Part shown: in pieces, positions 47,640 to 57,119 of the stretch | How the letters are laid out: every line of letters starts with the position of its first letter | How positions within the stretch are numbered: position 1 is the first letter of the stretch | IMG/VR virus record: IMGVR_UViG_3300042896_000283 | Coordinates: 1-64,000 of that record | Source: a virus | Strand: one strand, 5' to 3' | DNA: 64,000 bases | Position numbers and translations under genes: made by a program | The notes under the pieces: model-generated | The model's input: the letters and a program-made list of their open reading frames with translations, nothing else | The model's database searches: none | What the model was told of the DNA's origin: nothing

Positions 47640-47796
47640 ATTTTGATAATTTCTTAGCTTTCATTGGTTGCTGAGCACTTTTTCTATTTCTAATCAGGTC
47701 AGCTTCTTTCATGTAGTTCCCACTAATAGGTTTAGGAGGAGCCACCTTTGGAGCCTTTCTTGGTGCTCCAGATTTCTTAGCTTTACCAGCTGTCAT
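47638..47796 (-). CDS. Small Lys/Pro-rich protein (52 aa)
   Basis: Manual translation MTAGKAKKSGAPRKAPK... Confidence 0.65.
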   Translation of the reverse strand: MTAGKAKKSGAPRKAPKVAPPKPISGNYMKEADLIRNRKSAQQPMKAKKLSK

Positions 47797-47800
47797 AGAT

Positions 47801-48163
47801 TTACTTGCAGCCATACTTGCATTTCTTTACAGAAGTTCCTGATTTAGCTTTCATTGCACCACCATTTTTCTTATATCCCATTTTATTTCTAACAGGTGTA
47901 GATAATTTTCCAAGACCAACTTTATCAGAAGGAACAGATTTTAAAGAAACACCAGTTTTAGCTTTTTTTACAGGACCACCATTTTTTCTAGTTAGATATT
48001 TAAAATCTTCAGGATGTTTTTTCTCATCTTCTTTTGAGATGACTACACCTACAGCTTTACCTTTGTTAGCTTTTGCATCTTTTATATCTGTAGGAGTTTT
48101 TTTAAAACTAGTTGATGTAGTTTTCTTAGCAGTAATTCCTGCTTGTGCTTTTTTAATTGCCAT
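47801..48163 (-). CDS. Lys-rich protein with KxGG repeats
   Basis: RKNGG, KKNGG. Confidence 0.7.
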   Translation of the reverse strand: MAIKKAQAGITAKKTTSTSFKKTPTDIKDAKANKGKAVGVVISKEDEKKHPEDFKYLTRKNGGPVKKAKTGVSLKSVPSDKVGLGKLSTPVRNKMGYKKNGGAMKAKSGTSVKKCKYGCK

Positions 48164-48230
48164 GATTACATTAATATATTGTTAGTATTAGTTGTTGGTA
48201 AATAACCAAAGAAGTTATTCAGTTTTTTTC

Positions 48231-48509
48231 TTAACAGTTCCATTTTCTCAAAGATTTATTGATTCTTGAATTAGGATCTTTTGCTGTCTTAGCACTTGTA
48301 AGCTTCTTCTTCATACCTGACATTCTACTACAAAATGACTTACGTCTTCCTGCAGCTTTACTTCCAGCTTTAAGTTTAGAAGGCTTAGTAGTTACAGCTG
48401 TCTTAAGTTTGCTTCCAGGATGTTGCTTTCTATATGAAGCCACTCCCTTAGCATTTAGACCACCAGAAGAATTCTTTCCTTCTTTCTTTTGCCATGCTGC
48501 TGTTGCCAT
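48231..48509 (-). CDS. Basic protein (DUF6321-like)
   Basis: GGLNAKG...RRKSFCSRM...SLRKWNC. Confidence 0.75.
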   Translation of the reverse strand: MATAAWQKKEGKNSSGGLNAKGVASYRKQHPGSKLKTAVTTKPSKLKAGSKAAGRRKSFCSRMSGMKKKLTSAKTAKDPNSRINKSLRKWNC

Positions 48510-48790
48510 TATTTCTTAGATTTAGCTTTAATCTTTTTCTCTTGAACTAACATTTGTTTAGTAGGTTTCTTTCCAGATCCTTTATTAGCTCTTATGTTAT
48601 CCCATAATCCACGTTTAGATGTACTACCATCTGCACGTTTAATCATACCACCAGATTTTAATGTGCTTCCTTTAAAGGGGCCTTTCTTCTTGATTAAAGG
48701 ACCATTAGGAACAGGTGTTATCTTACCACCTTTACGTAATACACCAGGGCCTACATAAGCTGTAGCATTCTGAGGATTAAGCTTAGACAT
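48509..48790 (-). CDS. Lys-rich protein with KxGG repeats
   Basis: RKGG, KSGG, RGLWDNIRA. Confidence 0.7.
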   Translation of the reverse strand: MSKLNPQNATAYVGPGVLRKGGKITPVPNGPLIKKKGPFKGSTLKSGGMIKRADGSTSKRGLWDNIRANKGSGKKPTKQMLVQEKKIKAKSKK

Positions 48791-49110
48791 TATTTCTTCT
48801 TAGCTATTTTACGAAGTGTGTGAGCAAGAGCTTTTCTTCGAGGAGTACAAGTTGCTTTAGTTTCAGGTGTACAATATCCTTTATGAGCAGGATTTATTGC
48901 TCCTTGAATCCAGTTTTTTTTTACTTTACCACCAGCTTTCATCTTTGTAGCACCAAGTTGTTTATCTTTTACAAGATGAGCTTTACCTTTTGCACCAGCT
49001 AATGTTTTCTTTTGTACTTTTGTGAATGCTCCATTAGGATCTACAGGACCCACTCGTTTGTTTGATGCTTTAAGTCCAGTTAGACTTCCACCTTTTGTTT
49101 TAGTTGCCAT
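48790..49110 (-). CDS. Lys-rich protein with KxGG repeats
   Basis: TKGG, KAGG, NWIQGA...CTP...CTP. Confidence 0.7.
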   Translation of the reverse strand: MATKTKGGSLTGLKASNKRVGPVDPNGAFTKVQKKTLAGAKGKAHLVKDKQLGATKMKAGGKVKKNWIQGAINPAHKGYCTPETKATCTPRRKALAHTLRKIAKKK

Positions 49111-49300
49111 AGCGTTTAAATGTTATATTAGGTTTAATAATAAGATCCTTATGGGTATATTGCCATAATTCTCCTGTTTGATTAATTATTATTGTATAGA
49201 TGGTGTCTGTCTCATGACCATAATCAGTCACTAACCAAACAATCCCATCTCCCTTGGGTGTTATAACATCTATTCTATTCTTTGGTTCATATATTCTCAT
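49100..49300 (-). CDS. Hypothetical protein
   Basis: TPKGDG...DYG...TGELW. Confidence 0.7.
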   Translation of the reverse strand: MRIYEPKNRIDVITPKGDGIVWLVTDYGHETDTIYTIIINQTGELWQYTHKDLIIKPNITFKRYGN

Positions 49301-49356
49301 AGAGAAGTGCTTTTGTTCGAGAACACCTGTTTTTCGTCACCCAACAGGTATGTTAC

Positions 49357-49587
49357 TTATTCTGCTACTGGAGCTTCAACTTCTTTGATGATATCAGCTT
49401 CTACACCAGCTATCATTAATTTCTCAATCACTTCATTAGCTTTCATCATTAATTGGAAACGTGCTGCTTCTTCTGATGATAAATAAGCTCTAACTGTGTT
49501 AAGAATTAGACCAAAGTCTTGTCCTGAAATTTCAAATGTGTCTTCAGGAGTCCATGTGTACCTTTTAGCAGGATCATACTGTGCCAT
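49357..49587 (-). CDS. Hypothetical protein
   Basis: 76 aa ORF with promoter-like site upstream. Confidence 0.7.
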   Translation of the reverse strand: MAQYDPAKRYTWTPEDTFEISGQDFGLILNTVRAYLSSEEAARFQLMMKANEVIEKLMIAGVEADIIKEVEAPVAE

Positions 49588-49633
49588 AATTTAATTGGTT
49601 TTATTGTTTATAATCAGTAAAAGTAAATAATGT

Positions 49634-49924
49634 TTATGAATTATCCAAATTTATTTCAAATGTTATTACTGAACTTGTTTTAATTGATTTACTCATATCA
49701 ACTCTTATTTTAAACATATTACAAAACTTAAGTATTTCTTCTATAACCATATTATTATACTTAGGAAGACTACAAGCTATTCTGAATCTATATGATTCTA
49801 AAGTTTTAGTTATCTCTAAGCTACATAATTCATCAACAGAAGATATAATACCCTCCAAATGAGCAAGAAATGTTTCATCATTATCTTGCATCAATTTTGG
49901 AAAGTATTTTCTGTTTATTTCCAT
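49634..49924 (-). CDS. Hypothetical protein
   Basis: TAATG-coupled. Confidence 0.65.
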   Translation of the reverse strand: MEINRKYFPKLMQDNDETFLAHLEGIISSVDELCSLEITKTLESYRFRIACSLPKYNNMVIEEILKFCNMFKIRVDMSKSIKTSSVITFEINLDNS

Positions 49925-50349
49925 TATGACAATGTTAATCTGTATAATGTTTGAGCAGCTTCTCCACTTAGAGATTGCGCAATATTTTCAATGTCTGGCA
50001 TATTGTTAGCTTCTCCATATTCTTCAAGATCACTAGCAAATGTTACTAACTCTCTTACCACTTGATTAGGCATACCTGTAGAATAATCTTTTAAAGCATC
50101 AATTTTATATGCTCTAACTCTTTTTCCTGTATATCCCATAATCTTTTCTACAATCTCATCTTGTAAGTCTGCCACTTTATCATAAATGGTTCCTAAAGCT
50201 GAATGTTCAGCAAATGATGTAGTTTGAAAATGTAATAAGTGTAATTCTTCATGGAAGTATGAAAGCTTACCAGCTATTGTTTCTAATGTTAAACTAGAAC
50301 TTCCTTTTGATTCCATCATTTCTTCTGGAAATAGGGATTTTAATGCCAT
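49924..50349 (-). CDS. Dps/ferritin-like protein (DUF5856-like)
   Basis: HLLHFQTTSFAEHSALG..YD...DEIVE..MG; YRLTL. Confidence 0.8.
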   Translation of the reverse strand: MALKSLFPEEMMESKGSSSLTLETIAGKLSYFHEELHLLHFQTTSFAEHSALGTIYDKVADLQDEIVEKIMGYTGKRVRAYKIDALKDYSTGMPNQVVRELVTFASDLEEYGEANNMPDIENIAQSLSGEAAQTLYRLTLS

Positions 50350-50365
50350 GTTTTTAGTTTTTAAA

Positions 50366-50548
50366 TTAAGGAGCTACTGTAGTAGTAGTGGTAGTTGTAT
50401 AATTACAACATTCTTTAGCATCTATTTCTTTCCAATTTCCAACCTTCGGTTTAAATGCTTGTACAATTAAACTACTTGATACTATACGCCCTGAACCATC
50501 AAAACGTACATAAGCTTTAAGCTTATTATTATTATTACTTCTAGCCAT
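50366..50548 (-). CDS. Small protein with C-terminal Thr7 tail
   Basis: LKAYVRFDGSGRIV...ECCNYTTTTTTTVAP. Confidence 0.85.
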   Translation of the reverse strand: MARSNNNNKLKAYVRFDGSGRIVSSSLIVQAFKPKVGNWKEIDAKECCNYTTTTTTTVAP

Positions 50549-50550
50549 GA

Positions 50551-50736
50551 TTATACAGGTAATGTAGTAGTGGTTGTAGTAGTAGGAACGTAGTTACAGC
50601 ATTCATATGCTAAAATCTCACGCCATTTACCAACTTTTGGCTTATTTTTTCTAAGGATTAAGCTTCCTGCAACTATTCGGCCAGATCCATCGAATCTGAC
50701 AAAAGCCTTTAAAGGTCTTGAATCAATGCTTCCCAT
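50551..50736 (-). CDS. Paralogous small protein with C-terminal Thr7 tail
   Basis: LKAFVRFDGSGRIV...ECCNYVPTTTTTTTLPV. Confidence 0.85.
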   Translation of the reverse strand: MGSIDSRPLKAFVRFDGSGRIVAGSLILRKNKPKVGKWREILAYECCNYVPTTTTTTTLPV

Positions 50737-50753
50737 TTGTTTTAAATTTAGGG

Positions 50754-51770
50754 TTAATAGTTTAGGTTATATTTTTGTTTTAGTTCATTAAGTTTAGTTG
50801 CATAGAACCAGGTGCAATATTTTTTTGATCTTTCATCATTAAGAATAACATTTAAGTTAGCATCTTTTGTTGGATCAGTTCCCATATGATATTTACCTTT
50901 GTAAAAGGCTGGGTAACCATTTCCTGTCTCAGAAACTATTCCTGCATTATGAAAGATTGTATGTGTATCTAATTTGATAATAGGATCTGTAGCCCAAGCA
51001 AATGCTAATTCAGGCACCACTCTTGTTTCTTGTTCTCTAAACCATAGGTTCCATAAAACTGCCCACATATCTGCACACCAACTTTGATATCCAGAATTCT
51101 CATCTTTAAAGAACTCTCTATTTATTTTTTGTAAATATGTTCTTATAAGGATACAATCATTCATCACCTTACTCCAGAAGTTTGCATCTACATTCTTTAA
51201 TAAATATTGTGCTCCTCCTGAATGATCATTATTAGCTTCAGCTATTTCTCTACTTATTCCTATAATACTAGCAAGTTCTCCAAGGATATCTCTACTCTTG
51301 TATTCTTCTAGCTTCTCTGGAATCACTTGATGTATCTTACTATCAAAATACTTAGCATTGATATAGCTATTTGTATCTGATAAGTAGTTAATATCATCCT
51401 CTAAGAATTTATCTAGATTGAAATCCTTCATAAATAGAATATCACTATCACAATAGAAGATAGCTTTTTCATTCAGTTCTGGATGTTTTTTAAAATGTTT
51501 CCAAAGAACATATGGTCTTAGTACAGGAATATAGATTCCTAATAACTGATTTAGATTATCTTCATCTGCATAGTAATGAAACTCTGCTTCTGGATATAGA
51601 TCTTCTATCTGTTTCCACTTATCTCTATTCTCTCTTCCTTTAGGAGTGAATATAACAGATATTGCTTTATCAGAATGTCCTATTTCCTTTAAGCTCTCAA
51701 GCCAAAGATTTACTTGCCATGTATAGTAAATATCACTAGGACACGCTTGTAAAAATTTTAAATCTTTCAT
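50754..51770 (-). CDS. GT-A glycosyltransferase resembling plant peptide O-glycosyltransferases (HPAT/GT95, SERGT1/GT96)
   Basis: YYTWQ, YIPVLRPYVL, YCDSDILF (DxD), WCADMWAV, IFHNA. Confidence 0.7.
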   Translation of the reverse strand: MKDLKFLQACPSDIYYTWQVNLWLESLKEIGHSDKAISVIFTPKGRENRDKWKQIEDLYPEAEFHYYADEDNLNQLLGIYIPVLRPYVLWKHFKKHPELNEKAIFYCDSDILFMKDFNLDKFLEDDINYLSDTNSYINAKYFDSKIHQVIPEKLEEYKSRDILGELASIIGISREIAEANNDHSGGAQYLLKNVDANFWSKVMNDCILIRTYLQKINREFFKDENSGYQSWCADMWAVLWNLWFREQETRVVPELAFAWATDPIIKLDTHTIFHNAGIVSETGNGYPAFYKGKYHMGTDPTKDANLNVILNDERSKKYCTWFYATKLNELKQKYNLNY

Positions 51771-51798
51771 AATGTAGTTGGTTTTTTGTTTTTATTCT

Positions 51799-51936
51799 TT
51801 ATATAGGTGCAACTGTTGTAGTTGTAGTTGTCGTACATTTAGCTGTTACACATATTAATTTTTCTAATTCTTTAGATATTGTCCATAGGAGATTACTTTG
51901 TGTACTCCAACCTATTTGTCTTGATGGTATAGCCAT
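51799..51936 (-). CDS. 45-aa protein: fibre-type anchor plus Thr7 tail
   Basis: Not in ORF track; MAIPSRQIGWSTQSNLLWTISKELEKLICVTAKCTTTTTTTVAPI. Confidence 0.85.
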   Translation of the reverse strand: MAIPSRQIGWSTQSNLLWTISKELEKLICVTAKCTTTTTTTVAPI

Positions 51937-51948
51937 TTTTTATTTTTA

Positions 51949-53424
51949 TTAAACTATTGTTAATATTCCTAAATTTTTCCAAACAGCACCAGTTGGTAAA
52001 CCAGCTGGACTTGTTGGAATATTCATAATTGATAAGTTGTTTACAAATGTAGTGCCACCCATATTAGCAGTTATATTACTACCAACAATAAAAGTATTAG
52101 CATAACTACTTGATATAGTATTATATCCACCACCTAAAATTGCTGAAACATATCCAGAATTATTATTATTTTTACCTCCTCCAACAAATGTATAAAAACC
52201 AGCTGAAACATTATTAAATCCTCCACTTACTGTTCCGTAATTTCCAGAAGCAGTATTGGTACTACCTCCACTAACTGACGAAACCGCTCCAGAAGCAATA
52301 TTATTTTTACCGCCACTTACTACTGAACTATAATTTGAACTGGAATTTGCTTGTCCTCCACCAATAGAAGACCAACCGCCAGATGACACATTTCCAACTC
52401 CACCACTCACTGTGGCAAATCCAGCACTTACAGTATTAGATTTACCACCTCCAACAATAGAATATCCACTATAAGCGTGATTACCAACGCCTCCACCAAC
52501 TGTTGATCCAAAACCCGATGATAAATTACTTCTACCTCCACCAATTGTTCCAAAACTATAAGAAGCAGAGTTGCTACATCCACCTCCAATTGTAGATTTA
52601 TCTCCAGAAGAAGTGTTTCCATATCCACCACCTACTGTTGAAGCATAAGAAGAAGCTAAATTGTGATAACCTCCACCTACTGTTGAAAATGTACAAGAAG
52701 AAGTATTATTTTGACCACCCCCTATCATAGAATAATAACCAGAAGCATTATTAGAACTACCTCCAGAAATTACTGAACGAGTACCAGAAGCAATATTTGA
52801 AGCACCTCCACCAATAAAAGATTGATTACCAGAAGCAGTATTGAAAATACCACCACCAATTGTTGAATAATTATAAGAAGCAGTATTATTTTTACCTCCA
52901 GATATTGTTGAAAGAATACCAGAAGCAATATTGTATAAACCACCTCCTAAAAAAGAACCATACGCACTTGATAAATTTGCTCTCCCTCCTACAATTGTAG
53001 AAAGATAGCCAGTTGATTGATTGTTAGTTCCTCCAGAAATTATAGTTCCATAATTATAAGCAAGATTATTAAAACCACCACCTATTGTTGTACCCTGACT
53101 ACAAGCAATATTACCAGCACCCCCGCCAATTGTAGCATAATAATTAGAAGATATATTATTTTTACCTCCTCCAATTACTGAAAAATTTGAAGTAGCATTA
53201 TTATACGAACCTCCTCCAATAGTAGCATTTAACCCACTCGCATCATTAGTACCCAATACTGGTTGAATACCAGTAGCATTAGCATTATATTCAAATGGAC
53301 CTGATCCACCAGGAGTAGGAACAACAGAAGCTGTTACCTTTGTTAAATATTCTATTTGTTTAGCAATTTGCCATAATAGGTTTGATTCTGTTCCCCAACC
53401 TATTTGTTTACTTGGTATAGCCAT
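51949..53424 (-). CDS. Gly/Ser/Asn-rich beta-solenoid fibre protein
   Basis: Many 14-aa repeats like SGNYSTIGGGxxNTA; N-terminal MAIPSKQIGW module. Confidence 0.8.
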   Translation of the reverse strand: MAIPSKQIGWGTESNLLWQIAKQIEYLTKVTASVVPTPGGSGPFEYNANATGIQPVLGTNDASGLNATIGGGSYNNATSNFSVIGGGKNNISSNYYATIGGGAGNIACSQGTTIGGGFNNLAYNYGTIISGGTNNQSTGYLSTIVGGRANLSSAYGSFLGGGLYNIASGILSTISGGKNNTASYNYSTIGGGIFNTASGNQSFIGGGASNIASGTRSVISGGSSNNASGYYSMIGGGQNNTSSCTFSTVGGGYHNLASSYASTVGGGYGNTSSGDKSTIGGGCSNSASYSFGTIGGGRSNLSSGFGSTVGGGVGNHAYSGYSIVGGGKSNTVSAGFATVSGGVGNVSSGGWSSIGGGQANSSSNYSSVVSGGKNNIASGAVSSVSGGSTNTASGNYGTVSGGFNNVSAGFYTFVGGGKNNNNSGYVSAILGGGYNTISSSYANTFIVGSNITANMGGTTFVNNLSIMNIPTSPAGLPTGAVWKNLGILTIV

Positions 53425-53438
53425 TATATATGTTTTTA

Positions 53439-54479
53439 TTAATAAATTTTTGTTAATGTAAAGTTTCTTGAAAATATTGAATTACCAGCAACATTTGTAT
53501 CCCATTCTGCTGTAATTAAAAGTGTATTACTAACAGTTGTGTCAAATGTTGTAGTATTGATATTAGTTAATACATATCCTTCAAATTGAGTTCCTCCATT
53601 TCTTATATAAGAAAATAATCCTCCTGATGAAATTGATGCCACTGTAGGTCCTCCTGTTGTTCTAATTGTAAAATACAAATTCATTATCCAAGACTTACTA
53701 GTTGCAGCAGCCATATCAATTAATCCTGTATCAGCTAAAAGAATACCAGCCAATGTTCTCACTCTAATACGTAAGTTCGCAGAAGATCCACAAGTAACTA
53801 ATCCATCTAATGCACATATAAAACTATCTCCACTAGTAAAAGAATTTGCAGGAACAGTTAATGAACCTACACCTGTTCCTATTATTGTTGTTTCTACTGC
53901 TGTACCTGTTACAGGTGCTCCATCAGCTGTTTGAGCATATAAACCTGGTAATCCTGCAGGACCTTGAGCACCTGTATCACCTTTAACTCCTTGTATTCCC
54001 TGTGGACCTTGTTCTCCTTGAATACCTTGAGGACCAGCAGGTCCTTGATCTCCTTGAGGTCCTTTTATATCTCCAGCATCAAACCAGTTTGTTCCATTCC
54101 AACTCATTAATGATCCATCAGATAAAAGAATCCATGCATCACCAACATTAGCTCCAGGCATACTTCCTGCACCAGCTAAGAAAGCTGCATAATCTGCGTA
54201 GCTTCCTAATATAGTTACAGAGTTACCAGCAGTTCCTTGAGGACCCTGATCACCCTGTGTTCCTTGTATTCCTTGTATTCCTTGGTCTCCTTGCATACCT
54301 TGCATACCTTGCTCACCCTGAATTCCTTGTGGACCTTCAGGACCTATTGGACCCTGTGGACCAGGAACACCTGGACCAGCAATATCTGATATAAGTTTAT
54401 CAAGATTAAGCCACCCTTTGTATCCTGTACAAGGTTTGCAAAGTTGTTCCCAAAATCCTGCTTTAATAAATGTTGCCAT
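53439..54479 (-). CDS. Collagen-repeat fibre protein
   Basis: Two Gly-X-Y tracts; start re-called at MATFIKAGFWE; TACCTTTG at 54505-54498. Confidence 0.85.
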   Translation of the reverse strand: MATFIKAGFWEQLCKPCTGYKGWLNLDKLISDIAGPGVPGPQGPIGPEGPQGIQGEQGMQGMQGDQGIQGIQGTQGDQGPQGTAGNSVTILGSYADYAAFLAGAGSMPGANVGDAWILLSDGSLMSWNGTNWFDAGDIKGPQGDQGPAGPQGIQGEQGPQGIQGVKGDTGAQGPAGLPGLYAQTADGAPVTGTAVETTIIGTGVGSLTVPANSFTSGDSFICALDGLVTCGSSANLRIRVRTLAGILLADTGLIDMAAATSKSWIMNLYFTIRTTGGPTVASISSGGLFSYIRNGGTQFEGYVLTNINTTTFDTTVSNTLLITAEWDTNVAGNSIFSRNFTLTKIY

Positions 54480-54559
54480 GATTAATGTTGTAAGTATCAA
54501 AGGTATAAGTTTTATACTTACATACAATGACTGTTGTTAAATTAAAATAACTAAAAAAA

Positions 54560-54784
54560 TTATCTTACATAATGTAAAATAATTGAAGGAGTTATTGTTG
54601 CTATTATATCTTTATAATCAAATCCTTTGTAATCTATTTGATCTTTAATTTCTTTACCTAAAGCAACTAGAAATACAATTCCTATGCTATATAAATCATT
54701 TAGAAAACATTGACTAATAATGAATATTACAAATCCATATATAAAATGGTTTGCTTTATCTAATGGTATCAAAGGTATTTTCAT
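54560..54784 (-). CDS. Small membrane protein (DKxxH, VanZ/YfiM-like)
   Basis: DKANHFIYG...GKEIKD...DIIAT. Confidence 0.65.
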   Translation of the reverse strand: MKIPLIPLDKANHFIYGFVIFIISQCFLNDLYSIGIVFLVALGKEIKDQIDYKGFDYKDIIATITPSIILHYVR

Positions 54785-54918
54785 TATCCTTGTCCATTAT
54801 AAATCTTCTTGTATTTCTTAGAAGATTTAAGTTTTGATGTTTGAGATTTAGCGTGCACACCTGGTCTGCTCACTTTAATCTTTACTGCTTTTTCTGATGT
54901 GTTGGTTGCTTTTGCCAT
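54784..54918 (-). CDS. Small basic protein (44 aa)
   Basis: Manual translation MAKATN...RPGVHAK...YKKIYNGQG. Confidence 0.65.
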   Translation of the reverse strand: MAKATNTSEKAVKIKVSRPGVHAKSQTSKLKSSKKYKKIYNGQG

Positions 54919-54919
54919 G

Positions 54920-55399
54920 TTAAAATAAATTATATTCTAAAACTATACCATATCCACTAGGATTGTTTGGTTGTACGTAATAATTAATACCTGTACTAAA
55001 CTTAGTAAACTCAATCATTAAGTTTGTATATATAACAGGTTCTTTTAATGTAAATTTTATAGATTGTATACCAGCATATCCATGTATCTCAAATGATTTC
55101 TTGCTTTTGATAATCTCTTTATTGATATCAATTACACTTTTTTGATAGAATATGATTGAATCTTTTATACCTAATTGATTCTTAAACTCAATTTCTTTAT
55201 TCTGATAATTTTTGATTCTTACTTCTTGTTCCTTGATGATGTTCTTAGCAAAATCATAACGTACAAGATCAGTAGCAACCTTCCTAGCAACATTTTCACT
55301 AAGGGTGACAATAGAATCATTTTTCTGGGTATTTTGTCCAAATATACTATTTGTTAGTAACAATATAGTAATTACTATTATTAAATTTTTAAGATACAT
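54920..55399 (-). CDS. Secreted coiled-coil protein, spanin-like
   Basis: Signal peptide, coiled coil, C-terminal beta strands ending YNLF; in lysis cluster. Confidence 0.5.
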   Translation of the reverse strand: MYLKNLIIVITILLLTNSIFGQNTQKNDSIVTLSENVARKVATDLVRYDFAKNIIKEQEVRIKNYQNKEIEFKNQLGIKDSIIFYQKSVIDINKEIIKSKKSFEIHGYAGIQSIKFTLKEPVIYTNLMIEFTKFSTGINYYVQPNNPSGYGIVLEYNLF

Positions 55400-55905
55400 C
55401 TTGCTTCTGTTATATTACGATTACCACTTATTTCTTTTAACTTAGAAGAAACACCTCCATTAGAAAGTTTATATTTTCTTTTTAAATAAATAATACTCTT
55501 ATTACTTAATACATCTAATCTAAATTCATTTAAATCAATAACCTTGTATGTAGGATTTAAATTTCCTTTTTTAGAATTTGCTATTTTTAATAATGCATAT
55601 TCAGTATGTTTATATCCAGTTGTATCAGGACCTCTGTTACCACCAATAGATACATTATAGTTATCTTTTTTAGATATCCATTTTTTATCAACTATAAATG
55701 ATTCTTCTTCATAAGCTTCTTTTAAAGAATCAAAAAAACAAAGTATTTCAATTTTAAAATTTAACTTTCCATATTTTAAAATAGCTTTTTTTAATTTATC
55801 TCCAGATCCTAAATATCCATCATTCAAGTTTTTAGTAGAATGTACTCCTATATAAGTTTTATCATTTACTAAATTTTTAGTTTGATATGTAAAATGATGA
55901 ATCAT
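55381..55905 (-). CDS. GIY-YIG (Seg-like) homing endonuclease
   Basis: YQTKNLVNDKTYIGVHST...GYLGSG...KYG..NF...YNVSIGG. Confidence 0.9.
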   Translation of the reverse strand: MIHHFTYQTKNLVNDKTYIGVHSTKNLNDGYLGSGDKLKKAILKYGKLNFKIEILCFFDSLKEAYEEESFIVDKKWISKKDNYNVSIGGNRGPDTTGYKHTEYALLKIANSKKGNLNPTYKVIDLNEFRLDVLSNKSIIYLKRKYKLSNGGVSSKLKEISGNRNITEARCILKI

Positions 55906-56222
55906 TGTGAATATCTATCTGTGAAGTACTTTTGAAGCCCACTAACAGGCAAGCTATCAATAATCCTAATTTGTACATATTCTTTTTGTTTAATGATTTT
56001 GATTCTATTAACAATCACTGTATCCACTTTTGATAAACTATCAATAATCTTACTAGATTCATGATCTTTCTCTTCAAGAATAAGAATTTTATTCTCTAGC
56101 TTTTTAGTTTGTTCTATTAGAATAGTATTTTTATCTTGGTTATATAGTGTAAAGAATATCCATATAATGATAATAATCACTGCCAAGTACTGATCTTTTA
56201 AATAATCTAATACCTTATTCAT
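55902..56222 (-). CDS. Inner-membrane spanin-like protein
   Basis: N-terminal TM plus coiled coil, next to lysin. Confidence 0.55.
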   Translation of the reverse strand: MNKVLDYLKDQYLAVIIIIIWIFFTLYNQDKNTILIEQTKKLENKILILEEKDHESSKIIDSLSKVDTVIVNRIKIIKQKEYVQIRIIDSLPVSGLQKYFTDRYSQ

Positions 56223-56617
56223 TAGTTAGTAATGTTTATAAAGATCTTTTCTATCTTTGATGTTGCTTTTAATTTTGTAAACAATGTTTTATATGTAGCT
56301 CTAGAGTTACCAATAAAGTTTAATGATTTACTACTACCTACAAGAATACATCCTTCTGTGTCAGTTGATTTGTTTCCACTGTGGATTCTTACGCCTTCAT
56401 ATCCAGGTACTGAAAGTAACAAAGGCATATATTGCTGAAAGTGATTAGAGAATGTAATTGCTATCTCATATTTTCCATAAGGAATAGCTGTAACATTTTG
56501 AATCTTCTTATCTCTAACTTTATCCTCTAACGTATAACACACAAATTTCCCATCAATAGAAAGTTCTCCTATTGTAGAATCATCTGTAAATATCTTTCTT
56601 TTAAGTTCTAGTATCAT
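56222..56617 (-). CDS. DUF5675-family protein, candidate endolysin
   Basis: STIGEL...YTLED...IPYGKY...IHSGN..DTEGCILVG. Confidence 0.75.
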   Translation of the reverse strand: MILELKRKIFTDDSTIGELSIDGKFVCYTLEDKVRDKKIQNVTAIPYGKYEIAITFSNHFQQYMPLLLSVPGYEGVRIHSGNKSTDTEGCILVGSSKSLNFIGNSRATYKTLFTKLKATSKIEKIFINITN

Positions 56618-56625
56618 AGTTTATA

Positions 56626-56799
56626 TTAATTACCTGTTACATCATGATCTTTGGCAAAGTATCCAAATATTGCAATAGCGATAGCTAAACCAAATTTAGG
56701 CCAATCTTTTTTTAAATCTATTTCATCTGAAGCCAATGGTTGTACAGCTAACATACATGCTAGTATAATACCCATTGAGGTTGTTTTCCAGTTTTTCAT
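56626..56799 (-). CDS. Holin-like protein (57 aa)
   Basis: Not in ORF track; MKNWKTT...two TM...AKDHDVTGN; directly upstream of lysin. Confidence 0.7.
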   Translation of the reverse strand: MKNWKTTSMGIILACMLAVQPLASDEIDLKKDWPKFGLAIAIAIFGYFAKDHDVTGN

Positions 56800-57119
56800 T
56801 ATGGTTTAAGATTTTTATATACAATAGACAAATATTGAATAAGTGCACCAAGAGATAATACAATTGCTATTGTCCAAGTGAACCTTTTCTTAAATTCTTC
56901 TTGTTTCTGTATCTTATCTTCTAATTGTTTAATTTTTTCTTTAAGGTCATGTATATCAGCAACAAATCCCCCTGTTTTTGTTAATGCATTTCCTAATATT
57001 GCGTCTACAACTTGTGTTAATTTTGTATCTATAGAAGTCATTTTCTCCTCTAGATCGTACAGGCGAGTATCCATGCTTTTAAGTTCTTTTTCTACGTGTT
57101 TTTCAAATGCGTTTTCCAT
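56799..57119 (-). CDS. Coiled-coil protein with C-terminal TM (XhlA/holin-like)
   Basis: Heptads plus terminal TM; first gene of lysis cassette. Confidence 0.6.
   Translation of the reverse strand: MENAFEKHVEKELKSMDTRLYDLEEKMTSIDTKLTQVVDAILGNALTKTGGFVADIHDLKEKIKQLEDKIQKQEEFKKRFTWTIAIVLSLGALIQYLSIVYKNLKP

Noticed and set aside
49301-49356. Riboswitch in the hairpin-containing spacer
   Set aside because: Only one 7-bp stem (ACCTGTT/AACAGGT) and no recognisable aptamer
51949-53424. Ice-nucleation protein
   Set aside because: The period is 14 aa with GGG turns, not the 16-aa AGYGSTxTA repeat
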